Source: an uncultured Methanosarcinales archaeon
GTDB lineage: Archaea; Nanobdellota; Nanobdellia; Woesearchaeales; CAZYIM01
DNA: 24,056 nucleotides
Assembly: GCA_964647565.1 (NCBI GenBank)
Contig: CAZYIM010000038.1
Location: 1 to 24,056, forward strand
Direction: 5' to 3'
A program made the translations under genes and the position numbers. Shown here one piece after another: positions 16,757-24,056 of the stretch (its first letter is position 1; each line of letters starts with the position of its first letter). The notes beneath the pieces are model-generated. The model saw nothing but the letters and a program-made list of their open reading frames with translations, ran no database searches and was not told the origin of the DNA.

Positions 16757-17950
16757 ATGATAATAGGGGTTGTAGGTAAGGCCAACGTCGGAAAAAGCAC
16801 ATTCTTCAAGGCAGCTACACTTATGGAAGTAGAGATAGCCAACTATCCCTTCGCAACAATTAAACCCAACCATGGTATAGGCTTTGTCAAGATTGACTGT
16901 GCAGATAAACATTTCAATGTTCAATGCAATCCAAGGGTTGGTTTCTGTGTAAACCATAAAAGGTTTGTACCTGTTGACATGATTGATGTCGCAGGACTTG
17001 TGCCAGGAGCTCATGAAGGTAAGGGCATGGGTCTTGAGTTCTTGAATGACCTTAACCAGGCAGATGCCTTGATTCATGTAATAGATGTTTCGGGGGGCAC
17101 CAATGAAAAAGGCGAACCCGTAGATCCAGGAAGCTATGATCCTGCTGGAGACATCAAGTTTCTAGAGATTGAACTTGACCATTGGTATTTCAACTGCCTC
17201 AAAAAGGGATGGGAAAAGTTCGCCAGACAAGTACAGCAGGAGCACAGAGATATAGAAAAAGCCCTCCATAAACAGCTCGCAGGACTAGGCGCCACAGAAG
17301 AGCTTTTAGTCCTACTTATCAAAGACTTGAATCTGAATAAAGAGAAACCTACATCATGGACAGATGCAGATCTATTAAATTTTGCTTCTGCGCTTAGAAA
17401 GAAGACCAAACCCATGATAATAGCAGCTAACAAGATAGATGTTCCTGGTGCAAGTGAGAACCTAGAAAGACTAAGAAAAGAGTTTCCAGATCATATAATT
17501 ACAGCGTGTAGTGCAGAATCTGAACTTGCATTGAAAGAGGCTGCCAAGCATAACATGATAGATTATATTCCTGGAGATGCAGACTTCAAAATTTCAGGAG
17601 ATCTCAATGACAAACAGAGGAATGCCCTTAATTTTATTAGAGATAGTGTTCTCAAGAAATTCGACACCACTGGCGTACAAGATGTTCTGAATGATGCAGT
17701 ATTCAAGCTACTCAAATACATCGCCATATTCCCTGGAGGAATCAACAAGCTTGCAGACCAACATGGTAATGTACTTCCTGACTGCTTCCTGCTTCCGGAA
17801 AAATCAACTACCCTTGATTTTGCATTCAAGATCCATACAGATCTAGGAGAAAAATTCATCAGAGCAATAGATGTAAAGAGCAAGATGACTGTTGGAAAAG
17901 ATCATCTACTTAAAAATCTGGATGTAGTTGAAATAGTTGCAGATAAATAA
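16757..17950 (+). CDS. ychF: Archaeal YchF/Obg-family translation-associated NTPase with TGS domain
   Basis: GKANVGKST, YPFATI, DVAGLVPGAH, AANKID, IHTDLG. Confidence 0.95.
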   Translation: MIIGVVGKANVGKSTFFKAATLMEVEIANYPFATIKPNHGIGFVKIDCADKHFNVQCNPRVGFCVNHKRFVPVDMIDVAGLVPGAHEGKGMGLEFLNDLNQADALIHVIDVSGGTNEKGEPVDPGSYDPAGDIKFLEIELDHWYFNCLKKGWEKFARQVQQEHRDIEKALHKQLAGLGATEELLVLLIKDLNLNKEKPTSWTDADLLNFASALRKKTKPMIIAANKIDVPGASENLERLRKEFPDHIITACSAESELALKEAAKHNMIDYIPGDADFKISGDLNDKQRNALNFIRDSVLKKFDTTGVQDVLNDAVFKLLKYIAIFPGGINKLADQHGNVLPDCFLLPEKSTTLDFAFKIHTDLGEKFIRAIDVKSKMTVGKDHLLKNLDVVEIVADK

Positions 17951-17999
17951 TCTACACTTCTTTTTCTTCTAACGCCTCTTTTTGAAGTTAGGAAATCTA

Positions 18000-18698
18000 T
18001 TAGGATTTCTTTTTCTTCTTAGAACTTTTCTTTTTCTTAGGTTTGGACTCTTTTTTCTCAGGAGACTCATCTTTTATCTCCTCCTCAGGCTCTAGCATTT
18101 CATCCACAGGCTTGACTTCCTCACCCTTCTTCTTGATTAACCCATATTTCTCTAGAATATCCTTATACATCAGGAAATCAGAAGATTCCTTGAATTCCTT
18201 GATTTTAGCGGGTGGCAGCTTCTCTATCCACTTATGTGTCACCTTAAGGACTTCCTTAAGATCTTGATCAACACCAGGACCATCCTCTCCATAGAAATGA
18301 ACATGTGTAGATTTGCCAAAAGATTGCTTAAGTTTCTTGAAGATGGATCGCTTTTTACCCTTTTTCTTCAGCTTAGGCTCTTCATCCTCATCAAAGACCT
18401 CTTCATTGGAAGTTTCAACCTCCACAGCATTGCCTTCATCGTCGACAAGAATCTCATCCTCTTCATCAGGTTCCTCTTTCTTATCATATTTCACACCAAG
18501 AAGCTTGTCCCAAAATGACTGCTTCTCGTATTCCACATGAACTTCACCCGTCTTCATGTCAGGCACCTTTTCCTCAGGAAACTTCATATTCAAAGCAAAA
18601 GGTTTTTTCTTTTCAGCTGTTGGACCGAGTTTCTTTTTTCTCGTGTCCAAATATTTTCCCATGTCGTCATTAAAAGTTCTTGGTTTAATATAGACCAC
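18000..18698 (-). CDS. Hypothetical Lys/Glu-rich protein
   Basis: 232-aa ORF with GTG start and TATA-like TTTATATA at about 18734-18741; acidic and basic low-complexity tracts plus one helical segment. Confidence 0.8.
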   Translation of the reverse strand: MVYIKPRTFNDDMGKYLDTRKKKLGPTAEKKKPFALNMKFPEEKVPDMKTGEVHVEYEKQSFWDKLLGVKYDKKEEPDEEDEILVDDEGNAVEVETSNEEVFDEDEEPKLKKKGKKRSIFKKLKQSFGKSTHVHFYGEDGPGVDQDLKEVLKVTHKWIEKLPPAKIKEFKESSDFLMYKDILEKYGLIKKKGEEVKPVDEMLEPEEEIKDESPEKKESKPKKKKSSKKKKKS

Positions 18699-18871
18699 CC
18701 TTGATTTTTATAGGAAAATTTACAGAGCTGTAATATATAAAAGTTTTCTTTTTGAACGGAGCGAAAAAATAAAACTCGAGGGGTAACAACGACAGAATTT
18801 TCTTTTTTTTAAATAAGAACCCCTCAGGAGATAATACTAATATTTAAATAACTTCAATAATAAAGGATGTC

Positions 18872-20059
18872 ATGCACAGATTCCATCTAAAAGTACCATA
18901 TCTACTTAAAAAAGAGATTAATGAGATCTATCTAACACAAGCCATAAGGTCTTTTGCAATGTCAACCATTGCAATATTTATACCTATTTTTCTGTTAAAA
19001 AAAGGTTATTCTGTCTTTGATGTAGGCACCTTCCTATTTTTCCTCTATGTTTTCTGCATCATTTTTTGTTATTCTGCCTTGAAATTTGCTGCGAAGAAGG
19101 GTGTGAAACATAGTATGATCTTCAGTGTGCCAACCGCGGTTCTTTTTTTCTTAGCACTCTATAATATCGATATTATAAGGACAGTAACTAACAACTATAT
19201 CACCATATTAATTATAGCCCTTCTTTATGCCATTACATCAGCGTATTATTGGATGGGTTTTCATATTGAATTTGCCAAGTTTGCAGGAATAAGGAAATCG
19301 ATGAAAAGGGTGGGAATCAGGAATATTTTAACAACTATAGCTTCAATACTGGGGCCTCTTTTTGGAGCCTTAATCATCACAGGGACATCATTTAATGTGC
19401 TTTTTATTTTAGTTATGATACTTATAATAATATCTTTAGTTCCATTATTCTTCTCAAAAGAAGTCCATGAATCCTTTGAATTTAATCTTAAAAAAGTGCT
19501 GATGTCCCAGGGAGATGAAAAAAGCCACCCTTATCTAGGAGAGGGTGTAAAAGATATGGCAGCCAGACTTTTATGGCCGATATTGCTATATATGGTTTTT
19601 ACAGGATTACATAACATAGGCATCATTTACGCAATATCCAATACCATATTGGTGTTTTCAACCATTTATCTTAGTAAAAAGAGCTCAAAAAAGCATAAAA
19701 CTAAGCTGCTTACATTAGGGGTTTATTTTCATTCTCTAACTCTGGTAGTCAGGACTTTGATAAAGACCTTCTCCATCCTAACAATAGTACAAGGATTTGG
19801 GGCTTTATCTTGGACCATGGTTAGTCTACCATTCCAATCAATCTTCTATAATAATGCAAAGAGGCAGGGTATAGCTTATGGTATTTTCTTCAGAGAACTC
19901 TATCTAAATTTTGGCAGGATGGTCGGAGCAGTACTTTTAATGTTGCTAATCCTGTTCTTCCAAGCTCAGACAGCCATCGTTATCTGCATCATTATTGGTG
20001 CTATTGCAATGATCTGGATGACCAAGCTAAGAGAAGAGTTTAAAAAAGTCCCAAGTTAA
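18872..20059 (+). CDS. MFS transporter
   Basis: About 12 hydrophobic segments in two halves; IFIPIFL, GPLFGALI. Confidence 0.88.
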   Translation: MHRFHLKVPYLLKKEINEIYLTQAIRSFAMSTIAIFIPIFLLKKGYSVFDVGTFLFFLYVFCIIFCYSALKFAAKKGVKHSMIFSVPTAVLFFLALYNIDIIRTVTNNYITILIIALLYAITSAYYWMGFHIEFAKFAGIRKSMKRVGIRNILTTIASILGPLFGALIITGTSFNVLFILVMILIIISLVPLFFSKEVHESFEFNLKKVLMSQGDEKSHPYLGEGVKDMAARLLWPILLYMVFTGLHNIGIIYAISNTILVFSTIYLSKKSSKKHKTKLLTLGVYFHSLTLVVRTLIKTFSILTIVQGFGALSWTMVSLPFQSIFYNNAKRQGIAYGIFFRELYLNFGRMVGAVLLMLLILFFQAQTAIVICIIIGAIAMIWMTKLREEFKKVPS

Positions 20060-20074
20060 CATAATAGAAAAATA

Positions 20075-20256
20075 TGGGGACGCGGAGACTTTCAGCCCCT
20101 GAGAAATTCTCAAGGATATTTGAACTCCGATCTGCTGGTCTCTTCCTTGAAGCGTAGGCTTCAACAGACCAATAGCTTAATCATTGCTACAGTAAACTGC
20201 AGCTCATCGCTCCAAAACTGGAGCCAGCCATTCTAGCCAGGTTATACTACGCCCCC
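20075..20256 (-). tRNA. tRNA-Trp(CCA) with two introns (20140-20217 at 37/38; 20089-20118 at 59/60); CCA end not encoded
   Basis: Acceptor stem GGGGGCG/CGTCCCC plus A, anticodon stem GCTGG/CCAGC with CCA at 20221-20219, and T-stem CGGAG/CTCCG. Removing both introns restores 7-nt loops. Confidence 0.93.
20140..20217 (-). ncRNA. Intron-encoded box C/D guide sRNA (predicted Cm34 and Cm39 of tRNA-Trp)
   Basis: Guide TGGAGC before D' box ATGA (20207-20204); C' box ATGATTA (20184-20178); guide TTGGTCT before D box TTGA (20164-20161). The D+5 rule hits C34 and C39. Confidence 0.8.
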
Positions 20257-20300
20257 ATAAGCTAGATGTTAAAAGAACTTTAGAATATTTAAAAAGGCTT

Positions 20301-22667
20301 CTATTTTTTCTTCTTGGCTTGAGCTTCTCTTGCCCTCTGTGCTTCTTCATATTTACCGTTCTTTCTTGCAAGTTTCCAAACCAATAAAACAATCTCGTAC
20401 AAGATTAATAACAACAGAACGATATTGGCATACCAACAGTAGAAATCAAATTTTTGAAAGACTGTTCGCTCAGGCAGATTCGTCACCTTAAGTAGTATAG
20501 GCACCCCATAAGTCTTTGCACCATATGAGTCCACAGCAGCAATAATTAGTTCCTGTTCGCCAAAATAATCCCTTTCTGGTGTCAGTAACAAACTATCTCC
20601 TTTAATCTCTGCTCTGATCTTATGCAGAGGAATCATCTCGTAGTTCAAGATGTCATTATCAGGATCATAGAAGTAATATGAGAGATTTATCTGGTAGGTA
20701 TGATCTTCAGGCCATTCGTGGTAAAGTCCGCTCTGATTCAATGGCAGCTCGCCATAAACCTGAGGAACTCCTTTGTAAAAAAAGATAATGTAAAATAAAA
20801 CCAATAACAATATGATGAATAGAACTGCTACTGTCAATACCAGATATCTAAGGGACCTGCCTTTTACAGGAGGTATAAGCATCAATATTATCAATAAAAA
20901 TAGGAAAATTATGCCTAAGATGCAAAATGTCAATCTACAATTGGTGCCTTTTATAAATTTCCATGCTTTCTCACAGAAATTATAATCCCTTAGGGTGACC
21001 TCAACAATGTTGCTAAAGCTCATATCCTTATCTGAATCAACAAAGATATCTAGATTATAAATTCCTGTTTCTGTTCCATCTTCAATATTAAACAGAACAG
21101 GTATGGTCTTAGTCCAACCAGGTTCAAGGTAGAACAGGGTATATTCATCATCTATGGTCATCCATTCTTGAGTAACATAAGACAGACTATAGGTAGCTGC
21201 CTGCTTACCAGTATTCTTAATCTTGATATACCTTTCTGATGTGCCAAAGGTCACTGTCATCTTCTGCGTGTCAAAGTTAACTGTGTGGCACTCTATGTCG
21301 CTAAATGTATGTAGCATAAATGATTTCGTAGTATTGATCATAGGCTTGCCATTAATTACTGCAAAGATAGAAACCTCATGATCTGTAGTCTGGTCATTTG
21401 GTACCTCTACTTCAAGGTTTACTGTTTGTCTCTCTTGGGCAAACATATCCAGGCTTAGCGAGGTTTCTCCATCTGGAAATGAGACTGAGGAAGGTGCTGT
21501 CAAAAACAGTTCTATAATTGATTCTGCGCGGGTATTACTGAAAACCTCAACCGGAACAGTATAATCACCTTCACAAAAATCATAGTACGCATATGGAACT
21601 GAAAGCTGAACATCATAGCAAGGCCAGATTTTCAACGGCATTTCGTATGTATAATCTGCAGCTCCAAGAAATGAAGTTATTCTAAATGGAAGTGTATAGT
21701 CAGCCCTAGAATTCCTCGGAGGTTTAATGACAACATAAAATGTCTTCTCTTCGTTTCCAGCTAGTTTCACATCCAATTGATCTTCAAACTCCACAAAATA
21801 AGGTTTAGTTTCGAGTAATATGGAAAAGTTGTTAGGTAAAGCTATATTGTTCTTCAGAGTAATTGGAACTATCTGCTCGTCAAGTTCACAGACAGCCAGA
21901 TTATCCTCAAATAAGACTTCAAAACTATAGTTTTTCTTTATTGTGAGATCATGATAAACTCTTGCTTCAAGCTGATTCTTATTCGCCTTGACAACAAAAG
22001 GAATGGAAAAGTCCCCATAAAGATTACAGGGTATGGTTAAATCGATCTTAACGTTGGCTGTTTCATTTGGCCGAATAAAGATGTTATCTGCTGAAATGCG
22101 GGCATATTCTGCATATTGAGGCATCTCTACTGTATATCTCTCAATAAAATTGCCTGTATTTTGGATAAATAGATCATAAGTAATGGGCGTACATGGCTGT
22201 AATGTCTCATTTAAGGGTGATGATGCAGTCAGCCCTAAAAAAGTATTTTGACAGTGTTTAAGCTTAATAGACTTGCGTATTGTTTGTTCTTTTCCATCAC
22301 TAAGGCTCCTTAGTTTGATTTTCAGGGTATAACTGTCAGGAGGAGAATAAATAAATTCGTCAGGGCATAAGGGACTCACAAAAATAGGGATATCCTCACT
22401 TTGCCCAGGCAGCAACTCCAGACCTGTCTCTGCAAGAACAACAAAATCGAGATTGTCAGAAAACTGGAAAAAATCAGGCCTATTGCCTGTGTTAGTAACA
22501 CGGATATGATCTATGGCTGTTGTACAGCGACAGAGAGTTATATCCTTATCATTGTATTCTGCTAGAAAGTCTGCAAATACAAAGTTAGATAGAACTATTA
22601 TAAGAAAAATAAGCAAACATGCTTTCAAACTGGTCTTCTTCATTGTAAGACAAGCCCATTTTTTCAT
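20301..22667 (-). CDS. Large membrane-anchored surface protein with tandem Ig-like domains
   Basis: Signal peptide, recurring NTG/L.PG beta-sandwich repeats with paired Cys, two internal TMs, a cadherin-like FYDPDNDIL domain and a C-terminal TM. Start may be 22643. Confidence 0.85.
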   Translation of the reverse strand: MKKWACLTMKKTSLKACLLIFLIIVLSNFVFADFLAEYNDKDITLCRCTTAIDHIRVTNTGNRPDFFQFSDNLDFVVLAETGLELLPGQSEDIPIFVSPLCPDEFIYSPPDSYTLKIKLRSLSDGKEQTIRKSIKLKHCQNTFLGLTASSPLNETLQPCTPITYDLFIQNTGNFIERYTVEMPQYAEYARISADNIFIRPNETANVKIDLTIPCNLYGDFSIPFVVKANKNQLEARVYHDLTIKKNYSFEVLFEDNLAVCELDEQIVPITLKNNIALPNNFSILLETKPYFVEFEDQLDVKLAGNEEKTFYVVIKPPRNSRADYTLPFRITSFLGAADYTYEMPLKIWPCYDVQLSVPYAYYDFCEGDYTVPVEVFSNTRAESIIELFLTAPSSVSFPDGETSLSLDMFAQERQTVNLEVEVPNDQTTDHEVSIFAVINGKPMINTTKSFMLHTFSDIECHTVNFDTQKMTVTFGTSERYIKIKNTGKQAATYSLSYVTQEWMTIDDEYTLFYLEPGWTKTIPVLFNIEDGTETGIYNLDIFVDSDKDMSFSNIVEVTLRDYNFCEKAWKFIKGTNCRLTFCILGIIFLFLLIILMLIPPVKGRSLRYLVLTVAVLFIILLLVLFYIIFFYKGVPQVYGELPLNQSGLYHEWPEDHTYQINLSYYFYDPDNDILNYEMIPLHKIRAEIKGDSLLLTPERDYFGEQELIIAAVDSYGAKTYGVPILLKVTNLPERTVFQKFDFYCWYANIVLLLLILYEIVLLVWKLARKNGKYEEAQRAREAQAKKKK

Positions 22668-22670
22668 AAT

Positions 22671-22699
22671 AAAAAATTAAAAAAAAAGAAAAAAAAGGA
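22671..22699 (-). terminator. Oligo-U tract after the 22708 gene (putative terminator)
   Basis: Long T runs on the minus strand immediately after the stop codon. Confidence 0.45.
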
Positions 22700-22707
22700 G
22701 AACCTAT

Positions 22708-24003
22708 TTAGTAATAGGTCTGCTCTTCTTCGTCGTCTTCCCTATTGCCTTTAAGCTTGTTAAATCCAATTATCAAGCCAAGGATTATCAGGATAACGAC
22801 CAAGACAATCAGAGCAATCTCCAAAGCTTTCCTAAGACCTGTGCTACTACCTGCAACTGCAGATCCGCTGACAACATTTGCTGTCAATGCGACATCGGTG
22901 CTCTTGGTGTCTGATTCAACATTCACCTTGAAGACTCTCTGGCCTTCAGGAGCATCGTTGTTTGCAGTTACGTAGACATAAACAGTCTCAGTTGTTCCTG
23001 CCTTAACCATCACAAGTGAGGAAGGATCTAGCTTTGCTGTTCCCCAACTAGCAACACCTGAAACAGAGACCACATAGGTCTTTGAGTACTTTCCTGTGTT
23101 GGTAATCATTATTGGGAATACTGCTCCACTACCGCCCTTCACAACATCCTGCATACCAGGTGATGTAATGGTAGGAGTCTCTGCTTTTTCAACGTTGCAG
23201 GGATCAGGCTCTTCAAGTGGACTGCAAGTCTCACCTTCAACAACTACGATTTCCACAGTCTCTGTGGTTGATTCGTATTCGTCGAACTCGACTTCTACTT
23301 CCACTGTGTAGGTGCCTGCTTCTGCGCAGTCAGGTATCCTAATAAGAAGCTTCTCAAAAGTTTCTGACTCATCAGGGTCCAATTCATCAATATACTCTGT
23401 GTCGGTAACTCCCAACTCAGGAACTGCAATTGTAACCTTGATGTCATCAAGCTCATCGTCTCCAATGTTCTTGACCTTTACCATTGCGGTAAATGCTCTT
23501 CCAGCCATAACTTCGTTTGATGGGTTAATTGATACATCCTTAATCATGATTGCATCTTCCTCATCAACACCAATGATGTGAAGCTCATAAACGTTCTCGT
23601 ATGATGTTCCGTCTTCGTCTCCAACTGTCACTCTTAACTTTGCGTATTTCTTATCCATCTTTGTTGGAATTTGCAAGCTAAGCGTTTTATATGTTGTATC
23701 ATTCTCAGCAAGATCAAATGTTCTTGTAACATCTGAAACCATATCGCCTTCGTAGTGTGCGTATCTGTATCCAAAGATCTCTGCTCTAATCTGCACATCT
23801 TCTACATCAGCTAAAGCCTTGACTTTCATTTTCAAATCAAGTTCTTCGCCTCTCTGTACTTCGAGGTTATCTGAATGGCCTGATGCCAAACTTACTTTTT
23901 CGCCGTTAACCCTTAAAAATTCAACATTAAGGTTAACTGCGCTAACCATGCCGACCATCAATATTGTCAGCAAAAATATTAACACAACTTTTCCGATATT
24001 CAT
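22708..24003 (-). CDS. Acidic S-layer-like/CARDB Ig-domain surface protein with C-terminal TM anchor
   Basis: Signal peptide ending VSA, VKNIG and ITNTG Ig-type motifs, and a TM followed by an acidic tail EEEQTYY. Confidence 0.85.
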   Translation of the reverse strand: MNIGKVVLIFLLTILMVGMVSAVNLNVEFLRVNGEKVSLASGHSDNLEVQRGEELDLKMKVKALADVEDVQIRAEIFGYRYAHYEGDMVSDVTRTFDLAENDTTYKTLSLQIPTKMDKKYAKLRVTVGDEDGTSYENVYELHIIGVDEEDAIMIKDVSINPSNEVMAGRAFTAMVKVKNIGDDELDDIKVTIAVPELGVTDTEYIDELDPDESETFEKLLIRIPDCAEAGTYTVEVEVEFDEYESTTETVEIVVVEGETCSPLEEPDPCNVEKAETPTITSPGMQDVVKGGSGAVFPIMITNTGKYSKTYVVSVSGVASWGTAKLDPSSLVMVKAGTTETVYVYVTANNDAPEGQRVFKVNVESDTKSTDVALTANVVSGSAVAGSSTGLRKALEIALIVLVVILIILGLIIGFNKLKGNREDDEEEQTYY

Positions 24004-24056
24004 TTTGTTTCAACCCCCGTATATATTGGTTTCTTAATTATGTGTCCTGTCGTTAA

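Noticed and set aside
330..24037. Numerous short antisense or nested ORFs in the track (e.g. 5449-5823, 12108-12476, 15733-16086, 20204-20392)
   Set aside because: They are shadows of well-supported genes or the tRNA, with no motifs or expression signals.
1..24056. CRISPR array, transposase, integrase or att site at the tRNA
   Set aside because: No regularly spaced repeats, recombinase motifs or duplicate of the tRNA 3' end were seen by eye.

Overview
Archaeal chromosomal fragment, most likely DPANN (Woesearchaeota/Pacearchaeota-like). This is inferred from TATA/BRE promoters about 25 nt before leaderless starts, an intron-containing tRNA, RFC-L, alpha2-type GlyRS, a single-OB SSB, archaeal YchF and Cys-rich/Ig-rich surface proteins. 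The right two-thirds is mostly housekeeping genes. The left third (1..7633, minus strand) is a tightly coupled operon of at least 8 genes that runs off the window edge: an atypical GT-B glycosyltransferase, a SPASM/Twitch radical SAM enzyme, a GT4 glycosyltransferase, a nucleoside phosphorylase, a PIG-L deacetylase, a DegT aminotransferase, a degenerate DRG/TGS GTPase, and a Gfo/Idh/MocA dehydrogenase that is missing from the ORF track. This content resembles aminoglycoside or aminosugar-nucleoside biosynthesis, or nucleic-acid base glycosylation, more than ordinary surface-glycan synthesis, and it is the best candidate for an undescribed system. The second highlight is a tRNA-Trp(CCA) with two introns (37/38 and 59/60). 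The first intron carries an apparently circularly permuted box C/D guide RNA that targets C34 and C39 of the tRNA itself. All family calls come from motif recognition by eye; no searches were run.
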